IMG/VR virus record: IMGVR_UViG_3300025030_000090
Coordinates: 4,754 to 68,753 of that record
Direction: 5' to 3' (one strand)
Source of the DNA: a virus
DNA length: 64,000 nucleotides
In this document: positions 18,464 to 27,650 of the stretch, piece after piece
Layout: every line of letters starts with the position of its first letter
Numbering within the stretch: position 1 is the stretch's first letter
Position numbers and translations under genes: made by a program
The notes under the pieces: generated by a model
What the model was told of the DNA's origin: nothing
The model's input: only the letters and a program-made list of their open reading frames with translations
Databases searched by the model: none

Positions 18464-18871
18464 TTATACTCCCACAATTTTTTCTATGATTGTCCTGAGT
18501 TTATGGGTTATAGTAGTATTTTCAGGAGTTGTGTTTGATACAAGCAATTCTTCGTCCTCTTCTAAAGACATATCGGAAAGCTTTTTGATAATTTTGTCCA
18601 TGTATTTCATATTGATCTCATAAATGTTTAATTCTCGATAATACAATTGAGATGTGTATGGATTAGGAGTTTCTATATATGCAGGTCTTTTTGATGGCAT
18701 AATAGAAAAGAATTCAAGAAGAGCTTCTTTTATGGCCTTTAATTGTTCTTCTTTTTCTGATGCTTCTTTATTCAATGGTTTAACTTGTGATGTAATAGCA
18801 TCAATTTGCTTGGTTATTTCGTTGTAAGAAGATACCCAGGAAGCTAGAGCTAGTATTTTTTGACTATTCAT
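18464..18871 (-). CDS. hypothetical coiled-coil protein
   Basis: ORF. Confidence 0.6.
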   Translation of the reverse strand: MNSQKILALASWVSSYNEITKQIDAITSQVKPLNKEASEKEEQLKAIKEALLEFFSIMPSKRPAYIETPNPYTSQLYYRELNIYEINMKYMDKIIKKLSDMSLEEDEELLVSNTTPENTTITHKLRTIIEKIVGV

Positions 18872-18874
18872 GTC

Positions 18875-19075
18875 TTATTCCTCATTATCTTGGGCCACTA
18901 ACCAGCTGTATTTTTTGTCACACAAAGGACAAATGGTTTGATTGTCTTTCCAGTATTTTGCCATAGATTCTTTTTCACAAAATTGGCATCGCAGAAGATA
19001 TTCAGAAGGATACTGGTTACTCATTTTTTCCGCCAAAAAATTCAAGAAATTCTTCTGCTGTGGCACGAGAAGCAA
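18875..19075 (-). CDS. small Zn-ribbon protein
   Basis: CQFC...CPLC; start likely MSNQY. Confidence 0.55.
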   Translation of the reverse strand: MLLVPQQKNFLNFLAEKMSNQYPSEYLLRCQFCEKESMAKYWKDNQTICPLCDKKYSWLVAQDNEE

Positions 19076-19250
19076 AAAGTTTCCTTATTTCATCATACAT
19101 CTTTTGGGCACCAGCCTCAAAATTTGCTTGAGCAGTTGCCTGGCCACAAGACCAATTACATATCATCCCATATGAATCTTCTTCTTTGTGGTCACAGGAA
19201 TCGCAGGGATTTTTGGGCCAATTTTTAGGACGCCAATTTTTCGCACTCAT
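19017..19250 (-). CDS. hypothetical protein (WRPKNW.NP N-terminus)
   Basis: coupled ORF; FEAGA motif. Confidence 0.55.
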   Translation of the reverse strand: MSAKNWRPKNWPKNPCDSCDHKEEDSYGMICNWSCGQATAQANFEAGAQKMYDEIRKLFASRATAEEFLEFFGGKNE

Positions 19251-19558
19251 GGTAATACTATTGCATCATACAGTTCTGATAAACTTCCCATTGGAATATC
19301 CTTTCCTTCTTTTGATGTTATCATTCCAGGCTTCCAAGCTGATCCCCATTGCAATTCACATGTAAAATATCCAATTTGTTCATCGGTGTCACCCATTGCT
19401 TCTTTCAAGATGTCTTCAATCAACGAATCTACACGACCAAGTGTAAATCCACCAAAATCTGGGTCTAATTTGCATATTGCTTCGTCTACTGCATTTATAT
19501 CTTTTTGTATCTCATGCAATTCTTCCATAAATTCGATGAACTTTTCTTTGCTTAACAT
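19247..19558 (-). CDS. hypothetical protein
   Basis: coupled ORF. Confidence 0.6.
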   Translation of the reverse strand: MLSKEKFIEFMEELHEIQKDINAVDEAICKLDPDFGGFTLGRVDSLIEDILKEAMGDTDEQIGYFTCELQWGSAWKPGMITSKEGKDIPMGSLSELYDAIVLP

Positions 19559-19963
19559 TTATTTCTGTTTTCCTTCTTTCAATCTTTCCTCGTATACCAC
19601 TAGAGCTTTTTTATGCAAGGAGCCTTCTCGGTGCTTTGCATATTTTATAGGAATTTTTGCCCAATTGAAAATATCCCAAGCCATGTTCCAGTAGTCTTCA
19701 TTGTGTGATTTTCCTGGGGCAAGAAGATGAGCAATTTCATGAAGCAAAACAAGTTTTTGGTCTATTCTTTTCTTCCCAGCAGAAATTGAAATAGAACCAA
19801 ACTCAGAATCATCTACATTGTTGTGACAATGTCCTGTAGAGTAAGTGTATTTGCTATGTCTCCAACGAAGGGAAATCTGACAAGGCATAGTTTTCCCTTG
19901 CTTAAACCACCATGCGAGAAATTCTTCCTTTAGGTCTTCAGCCCATTTAGGTGTTGTGGTCAT
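19559..19963 (-). CDS. SprT-like zincin metallopeptidase
   Basis: LLHEIAHLL....H...W. Confidence 0.68.
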   Translation of the reverse strand: MTTTPKWAEDLKEEFLAWWFKQGKTMPCQISLRWRHSKYTYSTGHCHNNVDDSEFGSISISAGKKRIDQKLVLLHEIAHLLAPGKSHNEDYWNMAWDIFNWAKIPIKYAKHREGSLHKKALVVYEERLKEGKQK

Positions 19964-19985
19964 GTCTTATTATTATCCTACCAAT

Positions 19986-20015
19986 ATTATATATCTTGTT
20001 GAATAATAAAGTAAA
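19986..20015 (-). promoter_or_regulatory. promoter TTTACT-N18-TATAAT
   Basis: intergenic; same -35. Confidence 0.6.
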
Positions 20016-20080
20016 AGGCACAAATTGCTGAAGAAACATTCCTTTTCTTTACTTTTCGGTGGTTTTTATTGATTTCTTTG

Positions 20081-20311
20081 CTAATTTACTATGGTTAGAT
20101 TCGGGTCGACAGAAATAGGTGTGGTTTTCTTGAATTCTTCTTCGCTTATCAAATTGAAGAAAAATTTAGTCCCACAATAATCACAATGGCTACCATTTCG
20201 GGCGTGCCAAACAACTCCGAATCTTTCCATAAATCTTTTGTCTTCATCTTGAACCAGAAATTTATCCAGATGGCAAACAGGACATTCTTTCATCAATGTT
20301 TCATTGCTCAT
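20081..20311 (-). CDS. small Zn-ribbon protein
   Basis: CPVC...CDYC. Confidence 0.55.
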   Translation of the reverse strand: MSNETLMKECPVCHLDKFLVQDEDKRFMERFGVVWHARNGSHCDYCGTKFFFNLISEEEFKKTTPISVDPNLTIVN

Positions 20312-20559
20312 TGTTCTAATGCTTCTCCTTGGCTTTCTATCAGAGCCTTTATTGCCTTGTCTAAAATTCTTGATCGTTTTCTGTTGTCTTCATTCATTGC
20401 CTCAAAAATGGGGTTTTGAGAAGGTTCTCCTGAAGTATTGTCTGACCACATACAATCACAATCCTGGCGATAAGCTTGAAGAATCCGTAAAGGGTATTCT
20501 TCATTCGGTGTAGCATCTATGTATTTGATTGGTTGTTGAGTTAAATCAGGTAGTTTCAT
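20308..20559 (-). CDS. hypothetical protein
   Basis: coupled ORF. Confidence 0.55.
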   Translation of the reverse strand: MKLPDLTQQPIKYIDATPNEEYPLRILQAYRQDCDCMWSDNTSGEPSQNPIFEAMNEDNRKRSRILDKAIKALIESQGEALEQ

Positions 20560-20639
20560 CGTATTTTCCTTTCCCCGCTAATAATCTAACAGTGAAGTAT
20601 CAGTCCAGATGTGTGGACCATATTCTATAAAATTTGCTA

Positions 20640-21044
20640 TCATTTGTCTTCGTATTTGATTTTAATATATGGCTTAAAATGCATCAAAAGCCTTGTCATC
20701 TTATCATGTGTTTCAGGAGTGATATCTCCTTGACTGTATTCAAGATCGAAGTAAAACATCAGTTGAATCCAAGCATTCCAATCGCCACAAGCAGAAATAC
20801 TAGAATTGTCGTCTTGTTTAGATGTTTTGTGTTCATCTTTCTTATGGTCGTCCAAAATAGACATTTCTTCAAGTTTGTCAAAAATCCTGGTTGACATGAT
20901 TTGTGCTCCCCAATGTGCACTAACAATGTCTGGCATAAGTCCTGATTTTAAGTGTTTTTCTTCTTCTGAAAGTTTATTGTATGTTTCTTCGTAGGGGTTT
21001 TCGGGCCACCAATCAGGAATATTGGTCATTTTGCGCCCCCTCAA
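20640..21044 (-). CDS. hypothetical protein
   Basis: PDWWPENPY N-terminus. Confidence 0.55.
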   Translation of the reverse strand: MRGRKMTNIPDWWPENPYEETYNKLSEEEKHLKSGLMPDIVSAHWGAQIMSTRIFDKLEEMSILDDHKKDEHKTSKQDDNSSISACGDWNAWIQLMFYFDLEYSQGDITPETHDKMTRLLMHFKPYIKIKYEDK

Positions 21045-21161
21045 TTATCGGACAGCTTTTTCCAGCATAATGTAGGGCTTCTCGTATTTTACCCCAAGTA
21101 CATTCTTGCAAATCGCCTTTATTGTGTTTTTCAAGCCATTCTTTGACTAACTTATAGTCTT

Positions 21162-21506
21162 TCATTTTTCTTCCTCTTTTTCAAATCCTTTCAAAGAAAT
21201 TGGAGAAATATACCACATTCCAGCTTTGTAATCTGCATAATCTACAGATTTTATTTGGAAGTATACCTTGATGTTGTCAGTTGTTCTAAATTCGATGTAA
21301 TAGACCATCCCATTATTCAAGCGCCATTTTTGGTCTGAAGGAATATGAAGGTCTTCTACACACATTTCTTCTGTAGAAAACTCTACATAATTTCCCCTTC
21401 CACCATGAACAATCCTGGTAAATGATGTTGCTACAAGAATGTCATTTTTTGTTCGAATATCATCATTTTCAGAATCTGGACTTTTAACAAATTTGTATTT
21501 ATTCAC
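21162..21506 (-). CDS. hypothetical phage protein
   Basis: RIVHGGRGNYVEF, VDYADYKAGMWYISP. Confidence 0.65.
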   Translation of the reverse strand: MNKYKFVKSPDSENDDIRTKNDILVATSFTRIVHGGRGNYVEFSTEEMCVEDLHIPSDQKWRLNNGMVYYIEFRTTDNIKVYFQIKSVDYADYKAGMWYISPISLKGFEKEEEK

Positions 21507-22276
21507 AATGATTTTAGCATGGTTATTTTGTCTACAGGATAGTCATTCCTGTATGAGTCTGTCGTGTAGATTTTTTCTATTCCTGGCAAATCAAATCCCT
21601 TGCTGAATATGCCGTGGCTTACATACAAAATCACTTTTGTTGCCCCTGCTTTTCGCAACTCAGAAGCTATTCCAACAAAAGTGCCTCCGCCATCACACAG
21701 ATCATCTATGATAAGACATTCTTTCCTGTTTACTTTTTCTGGGTCAAGAACTGTGAATCCAGAAAGTTTTCCTGATTGTGAATCTCTGGTTTTTTCACAT
21801 CCGACATAGTTCCCTACCAGGTGACCAACCCATTTTGCAGAACCTTTGTCTGGAGCAATGCAAACAGCATTAGGATTTTCTATTCTTGCAATCATCACTT
21901 GGCTGCTAGGCATAATATTCTGCGCCCGAAGCAAATTGGGTGCTACTTCCGAATGTGCATGGAATATTCTGATATTGCTCCACCACATAGAGTTGATTAT
22001 GTTGCACACCGTTTTTAGGGTGAATGGTTGTGTTTCATCAATGGCTCTATCCATTCTTGCACCCATTAAATAGGTTATGTCTAGAGATATCTGTTTTGGG
22101 ACATATCTGGAAACAACCTCGTGTGTTAGCGCCAGATTCAATAGCTCTTCAGAATTTCTTATTGAACAAGTGATTAAAGCGAATTCGCTTCCGATTATGT
22201 TTTCGTCAAGATAGATGTGTGGCTGTCCATCAGGAAAAACCATCTTTTTGACTTCGATTCCGTTAACCTTTAGCAT
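21503..22276 (-). CDS. prs: ribose-phosphate pyrophosphokinase-like protein (candidate NARP1 Adps)
   Basis: FPDGQ, YLMGARMDR, IAPDKGS, IIDDLCDGGGTF, VSHGIFS. Confidence 0.88.
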   Translation of the reverse strand: MLKVNGIEVKKMVFPDGQPHIYLDENIIGSEFALITCSIRNSEELLNLALTHEVVSRYVPKQISLDITYLMGARMDRAIDETQPFTLKTVCNIINSMWWSNIRIFHAHSEVAPNLLRAQNIMPSSQVMIARIENPNAVCIAPDKGSAKWVGHLVGNYVGCEKTRDSQSGKLSGFTVLDPEKVNRKECLIIDDLCDGGGTFVGIASELRKAGATKVILYVSHGIFSKGFDLPGIEKIYTTDSYRNDYPVDKITMLKSL

Positions 22277-22539
22277 TTATCTTCCTCATACTTTTCGGCA
22301 AACTCTGAAGAGTTTAGTATTTCATATCCTTCTCTAAACTTTACAACCCAATTTCCTGGGCAAACAATATGTCCACCTTCTAGTGTTATTATCCAACCAT
22401 GTTTGCACATTGACTTATAGCAATGCTGACAGGGTACTGTGTTTTCACCATATGGGTCATAGTCATGAACTTGTGGGTGGTCACCTGTCCTAAACCATTG
22501 AGATGCTTCTATGACTACTGGTTTTTTGACGAATTTCAT
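22270..22539 (-). CDS. conserved phage protein (KKPVVIEA type)
   Basis: KKPVVIEASQW...I.TLEG.H.V.PGNWV. Confidence 0.72.
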   Translation of the reverse strand: MKFVKKPVVIEASQWFRTGDHPQVHDYDPYGENTVPCQHCYKSMCKHGWIITLEGGHIVCPGNWVVKFREGYEILNSSEFAEKYEEDKC

Positions 22540-23996
22540 AGCTGACTTTCCACCAATGCTCTTATTTGGGCCAATGTCTGATTCCTAATTAGTTTGCTAT
22601 CAAGAAAGACCGTCTGCAGCAAACCGCCATGTTCTTCTTCCATTGTGCATTGTTGCTTTACAATGATTTTTCCAGAGTCATCCCTATCAAGTCTCAGTAG
22701 CCCTCTGTGTGATTTCTTTGTTCCATCATCTGTCTTTGGATTCTTGTAGATATCCATATCCCCACGAGAAGTTGTTTGTCCCCAAGTTGCTTTCATGGCA
22801 AACCCATAGGAGTCTCTGGTAACATATTCATAGGTGTAAGAACCAATTCCCAAAACTACGTTTGTGCTAGCAAATCCCTTGGCCTCAAGTCTTGACAATA
22901 TATCTTGTTGCCTGGCAAGAGTAATGGAGTCACCATATATTGTGCCGATATGAGGATTTAGCTCTTTGAATCCTAGTTTTGAGTAAGTGCCTCCAAAAAT
23001 ATCCCAAAGACATTCTACTACACCTTTTCTGACGAGTTCATTTGTGCTATTTGTATCACCACATAGTATATCCGCTGGGTCACCGCTGTCAGGACGGATA
23101 ACCAATTTGCCATTCCTATTTAGAATCATATCTTTCTTCACAGGAAGTATTTCTCCGATTACTTTCCATAAGTCCCATGTGTCAGAAACTACTGATAGAA
23201 TTCCAGATGGGTAAATTTCCGTCAGTAGTCTTTCGAATGTTCCAGATTCGTTTTCTGGGGTGCCCATAGACATCACACTATGTTCAGTCGCTGGAACACT
23301 TCCATCCACTAACTCTCTGTCAGAGTTTGCCCCATAGTATTGTTCCAAAAAATCAATGGCAGGAATAGTATCAGTTCCAGTAAATGAAAGAAGATGGGCT
23401 GCTCCTGACATGCAAGCATCTTCGACTCCACTCATTCCACGAAAGCTGAAGTCGTGTCCTTGCCACTTTACGAAATCCCTGGAGCCTCCAGTTCTTTTTG
23501 CAAAGTCTTCAAATACACGCCTGTATTGAAATGCGGTTGTAGCAGAAGTGCAAGGTTTCCAAAGAACAGCACTCATAAGGGTTTCTAGCATGTTTGTTAG
23601 AAACATTGCTTCTGGCTTTGTATTCCTGATTGTTAGAACAGGAACATTTGCAGGAACTAGTGTGCCTTCTGGAACTGCCTTGATACGAAGAGGAAGATAT
23701 CCCAGTTCCCATAGAGTTGCTATGTGGTCTATAGAAATAGGCCCAACATAATTTGAGATACGCCTCTTGTACTCTCGAAGCACAATATCTTTGGGCTGTT
23801 TGAAGAAATTCTCATTGAATTGATCTATGAGATACTCTTTGATAAAGTATTGAAGTCCAAATAGCATTGTGTAGTCAAATCCAGTTCGACTTTTTCTTGG
23901 AGTAAAATTTGAGTATACAAACTGAGTGTCATAGGGGTACTGAAAAACATGTCCAACTTTGTAGCCATCTTTTAACAGCACAGGAAGTATCTTCAT
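22536..23996 (-). CDS. nadV: nicotinamide phosphoribosyltransferase-like protein (candidate NARP1 Namat)
   Basis: DGYKVGH, HDFSFRG, VPATEHSVM, SVVSDTWD, IRPDSGDP, IYGDSIT. Confidence 0.92.
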   Translation of the reverse strand: MKILPVLLKDGYKVGHVFQYPYDTQFVYSNFTPRKSRTGFDYTMLFGLQYFIKEYLIDQFNENFFKQPKDIVLREYKRRISNYVGPISIDHIATLWELGYLPLRIKAVPEGTLVPANVPVLTIRNTKPEAMFLTNMLETLMSAVLWKPCTSATTAFQYRRVFEDFAKRTGGSRDFVKWQGHDFSFRGMSGVEDACMSGAAHLLSFTGTDTIPAIDFLEQYYGANSDRELVDGSVPATEHSVMSMGTPENESGTFERLLTEIYPSGILSVVSDTWDLWKVIGEILPVKKDMILNRNGKLVIRPDSGDPADILCGDTNSTNELVRKGVVECLWDIFGGTYSKLGFKELNPHIGTIYGDSITLARQQDILSRLEAKGFASTNVVLGIGSYTYEYVTRDSYGFAMKATWGQTTSRGDMDIYKNPKTDDGTKKSHRGLLRLDRDDSGKIIVKQQCTMEEEHGGLLQTVFLDSKLIRNQTLAQIRALVESQL

Positions 23997-24026
23997 CTGT
24001 ATCCTCCAATTAACTTTTCAATACAA

Positions 24027-24056
24027 ATTGTAATGGGTTTGAAGGGGGAAAGTAAA
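24027..24056 (-). promoter_or_regulatory. promoter TTTACT-N18-TACAAT upstream of nadV
   Basis: intergenic; GGAGG RBS follows. Confidence 0.65.
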
Positions 24057-24097
24057 AATCGGAATTGGTGATGATATGGTTGTTTTTTATAGTATTT

Positions 24098-24397
24098 CTA
24101 TTGTTTTGACTGCTTTTCTACAGTATTCAATATTGCATTTCTTTTCTTCAGAAGGTCTTGAATTGCAAATTCAAGTTCTTTCAGATCTTCGATCAATTCT
24201 ATTCCTTTTATCACAGCATCGTCTTTTTCAGGCACATCAGGAAGTTCTCTTATTGTCTGTTGCAGAAGCTGTTCTACAAATTTGATTTTGTTGATTGTGT
24301 CCATGCTTGGCGATTTGCTCAAGAAAAAACAAGAAAAGCATTCTCTTTGCATTTCTAAGAACTGTTTTTCTACAAAAGCAAAATCTATTTCACTCAC
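24098..24397 (-). CDS. hypothetical protein
   Basis: coupled ORF. Confidence 0.55.
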   Translation of the reverse strand: MSEIDFAFVEKQFLEMQRECFSCFFLSKSPSMDTINKIKFVEQLLQQTIRELPDVPEKDDAVIKGIELIEDLKELEFAIQDLLKKRNAILNTVEKQSKQ

Positions 24398-25029
24398 AAT
24401 TTTACAAAGTCTCCATTACATAGCTTTGTAAGCCAATCTGCTTTTTCAAATTCAGGGTGCTTTCGATATTCTTGTTTACAAATTTCACAAATACACTCCC
24501 CAGAAGCCCGATGCCATTCAGAATAATTCTCCTGTAAGGATTCCATTTCACTATCCCAGGATCCATCTTTTTGCATTCTTTCTTTTATTGGCTTTTGTGG
24601 CTGGTCTCCTCTGTGCTTGCATACCCATTTTATTATAGCCCATTTTTCTTGTGATTGCCAAGCTCTAAACAAAGACGGAACTTCATCATATGATACACCT
24701 TCTCCATCAGCACTCGCCCAAGCAAAAAGGTCATTGCACAAAACAGTCAGAGTTACAGTATGTTCAACCTTTTTGTCTTGATAGTAAATATCCCCTTCTC
24801 CCGCGAATAGCACTTCTTCATCTAACAAAATAGAGAGAGCTACTTCTGTATTGCAATATTCTTTGCCATCTATGTCAAGAAAAACATTCTTTATCTGTTG
24901 TTGTCTTTCTACTTGAGAGAGCCTTTCAAACAGCCATTCCATTTCATCTACACATTGTCCAGCACCAATAAGCTCTTTGAAGGCTGTATCTAATTCTTCG
25001 TCAGCTTCTAGAATTTCATTTATTTTCAT
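24394..25029 (-). CDS. hypothetical protein
   Basis: C-terminal RASGECICEIC..Y..HP...LC.G..VKL module. Confidence 0.6.
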   Translation of the reverse strand: MKINEILEADEELDTAFKELIGAGQCVDEMEWLFERLSQVERQQQIKNVFLDIDGKEYCNTEVALSILLDEEVLFAGEGDIYYQDKKVEHTVTLTVLCNDLFAWASADGEGVSYDEVPSLFRAWQSQEKWAIIKWVCKHRGDQPQKPIKERMQKDGSWDSEMESLQENYSEWHRASGECICEICKQEYRKHPEFEKADWLTKLCNGDFVKL

Positions 25030-25829
25030 TACATTCCCTTTATTTTTGTGCTATTCAAAACTTGTTCTCTAAAGTCTTGTATTTCTTCAGCAAATTGAAC
25101 ATCTTCTTTGGTGGGCTGTATTGCTTTGTATTCAATAATTGGAATGATGAAAGAATCAGCCATGATTTTCTCTCCGAACAAACTTATTAGCCTAGTGGCA
25201 TATTCATCATAGTAGTTCATGTTGGGATTGGTAAAAGTTAGATAGAAATTAACTTTTGCTGCCATCAAGTGCTCTAGATTTCTTTCTATTTCTGACATAG
25301 AAATTGGGATGCCAGTATTTCTATGGTAATCTTCTCTAGTTACACCTTTTATGTTTGCAGCATATAAGCAATTTGACTTCGCGATAGCTCTGAGATTTTC
25401 CGCAGTATATTGTGTTCCCAGCAAAAGAAAGTCGCTGTGAAAAACGGAATCAAAAGGGAGTATGCTAATGATGTCATTCCATTTGGATAGAAAAATATCT
25501 GGTGCCCCGCCCATGAGGTGAAATACTTCTTGTTTAGAATCTACAAATGCTTTTGCTAATTCTCTAGTTGTATATTCTTTGTATGTTCCCCAAATGCCTT
25601 GTTTGGTAACATAGCAATACCAGCAATTCAGAGGACATCCATAAAGTTGAACAACGAATTGTTTGTGCAGTCTTTTTCCCAGTCTTTTTTCGCAGATGGC
25701 GGGAAATTGGTCATATCCTCCGCCACCTTTGTATGTATCACACTTGCGAAAAATACCGCCATTCAAGAGATCTTCTGGAGAAACATCTCTTTTTTGGGCT
25801 TCACATATAGGAACCACTTTCCAGTTCAT
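25029..25829 (-). CDS. radical SAM protein
   Basis: GCPLNCWYC, LMGGAP. Confidence 0.8.
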   Translation of the reverse strand: MNWKVVPICEAQKRDVSPEDLLNGGIFRKCDTYKGGGGYDQFPAICEKRLGKRLHKQFVVQLYGCPLNCWYCYVTKQGIWGTYKEYTTRELAKAFVDSKQEVFHLMGGAPDIFLSKWNDIISILPFDSVFHSDFLLLGTQYTAENLRAIAKSNCLYAANIKGVTREDYHRNTGIPISMSEIERNLEHLMAAKVNFYLTFTNPNMNYYDEYATRLISLFGEKIMADSFIIPIIEYKAIQPTKEDVQFAEEIQDFREQVLNSTKIKGM

Positions 25830-26019
25830 ATTCGGTATCTTCTTCCAAATAATTCTCTGTTTGAGTAGTCACAATACCTGCATTTCCAATTTGGTGACTC
25901 TGTCCAGTGTGAGCGATTGCATTCAGGACATTTAAGATGTGAATCGTCCCATATCAAAATTGTCACAAGAACAACAAGAGAAACTAGCAGCCAACCCATT
26001 TCAGCATCCTTTCAGCACT

Positions 26020-26048
26020 ATTATATTAGGATGGGGGAGAAAAGTATA
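26020..26048 (-). promoter_or_regulatory. promoter TATACT-N17-TATAAT
   Basis: variant of the same promoter family. Confidence 0.5.
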
Positions 26049-26261
26049 GGGAGAAATTATTTGAATTTAACTTCTGGCATCCAGAATCTTTGTGCGGTTT
26101 TTGTGCTTTTGTTTTTCGGCTCAATTTCTACAGGAGGAAGCAAAAATGGGTTCACGGGGAAAACCATACCATTAATTACTTTGTATTGAAGAGTAGGAAA
26201 ATAGTTAATGGAGCAAATATCACAAGCAGAAGTTCCAGAACAAGAGCAATTACAAAACATT

Positions 26262-26477
26262 TTATTTTTCCCCTATCTTTTTCATGTGCAGTAGAACCTT
26301 TTTTCTTATACTGGCCAATACAGCATCAATTTCATTTGACAAATCTCTGATTGGAATATTCGTTTTTGTAGAATTTTCTGGGTTGTCTTTGTCTTCAACT
26401 TCTATGGATAGGGCAACAAAATCTGGCTTTGAAAAACGAGAGAAGGATATGTTTACTACTTTTCCTTCATAAATCAT
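26262..26477 (-). CDS. hypothetical protein
   Basis: coupled ORF. Confidence 0.5.
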   Translation of the reverse strand: MIYEGKVVNISFSRFSKPDFVALSIEVEDKDNPENSTKTNIPIRDLSNEIDAVLASIRKKVLLHMKKIGEK

Positions 26478-26743
26478 TAAGCTGACATTTCCTTGATGAT
26501 GACATTCAAAGCATCTGTCATTTCATTTTTGTATACTGTCAGTGTCTCCAAATTCATACCTTGCATGAAAGAAATCATCTGGGCAACTTTGTCAGAGACA
26601 AAATCTGTCTGATAAACAATACCATTCACCAACTTGGTTGTCATTTTTCCGTTTGTAAAAGTAGATTCTATTGTCCTTACATCATCTTTTGTTACAATTG
26701 CTTCAACTGCCATATTTTTATCCTCCCACCCAATCATATTCAC
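26477..26743 (-). CDS. hypothetical protein
   Basis: GGAGG RBS favours the MAVEA start. Confidence 0.55.
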   Translation of the reverse strand: MNMIGWEDKNMAVEAIVTKDDVRTIESTFTNGKMTTKLVNGIVYQTDFVSDKVAQMISFMQGMNLETLTVYKNEMTDALNVIIKEMSA

Positions 26744-27119
26744 CGTAGGCTTCTGAAAGAATTATTGGTTTTATTTGCGGCATATCTTTCATCACATCTA
26801 GGATTCTTTCCACCAAACATGCTTTTTGTTCCCAGGTTAGATTCTCATTAAATCGTGGGCCTTGTTTGAAGTGCTTGTCTCTGTATGTTTCTTTGTCCCA
26901 TTCTTTGTCTATTTTTTGTAAAATAGATTCTACAGCTTCTTTGCACATAGGCTTGGAAGGAAACCAATATTGAATTCTTCCAGATGCCATTGCTCCGATG
27001 CAATCTTGATAAATTTGTCTGATTTTGAACAGAAATTCTCCATCATTATGGCCATTGAATTGGTGTTGATAGTATTTTGATGCAACAGATTCAAAAGGAC
27101 TTCCCAGGATGTAGGACAT
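26718..27119 (-). CDS. hypothetical protein
   Basis: ORF. Confidence 0.55.
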   Translation of the reverse strand: MSYILGSPFESVASKYYQHQFNGHNDGEFLFKIRQIYQDCIGAMASGRIQYWFPSKPMCKEAVESILQKIDKEWDKETYRDKHFKQGPRFNENLTWEQKACLVERILDVMKDMPQIKPIILSEAYGEYDWVGG

Positions 27120-27120
27120 C

Positions 27121-27243
27121 TTATGGCAAGCCTCTGCGAACTTGATCTGGACAAATAGGCTGTGAAGGCATAGGATTTATCACAGGACGAGGCGCAATCT
27201 TGGGCCGAATCGAAGGTTTTGTAGGAGCTTTGACTGGAGGCAT
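27121..27243 (-). CDS. 40-aa proline-rich peptide
   Basis: MPPVKAPTKPSIRPKIAPRPVINPMPSQPICPDQVRRGLP*; AAGGA RBS. Confidence 0.5.
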   Translation of the reverse strand: MPPVKAPTKPSIRPKIAPRPVINPMPSQPICPDQVRRGLP

Positions 27244-27249
27244 TTTTTA

Positions 27250-27648
27250 TTATCCTTCTTGCTCTGGGGCAATTTTTAGAAGCGATCGGTACAATTTCTG
27301 CTTCAAAGAAAGTCCTATGTCGTCAATTCCAATTTGGTAACTATTTGGTACCACTACAATAAGTTCTAGAAGTTCTGTTTTCAAAATTTCTACGGGGTGC
27401 AGAACATTGTTCAGAATCTTGGTTTCTTCCTCATCTTTGCCTGAATTATAAGCAAGGAAAGCACTGCCAATTCTTTGTCTGAGATTTATTTTTTCTTTGC
27501 TACGCAGACGTTCAAATAGGTCATAGTCCCATGAGTGAACAGTCTATAAGAAGAGCTTCTTTCGGAGTAAGATGCAAAACAAAAGATTCATAATCATTTG
27601 TTTTCTGTGACAAAAGTCTTTTGAATTCTCTATCCATGTCATCCATCA
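27250..27648 (-). pseudogene. frameshifted hypothetical gene directly downstream of the prohead protease
   Basis: MMDDMDREF..IDCSL continues in another frame as SWDYDLFERLR..EQEG*. Confidence 0.5.
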
Positions 27649-27650
27649 TC

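Noticed and set aside
12351-18991. DGR template/variable repeat pair
   Set aside because: Copies are identical with no adenine-specific differences, and no reverse transcriptase is present
22270-22539. Known anti-defence sponge (Tad/Acb)
   Set aside because: Position is suggestive but I cannot match it to a validated family from motifs
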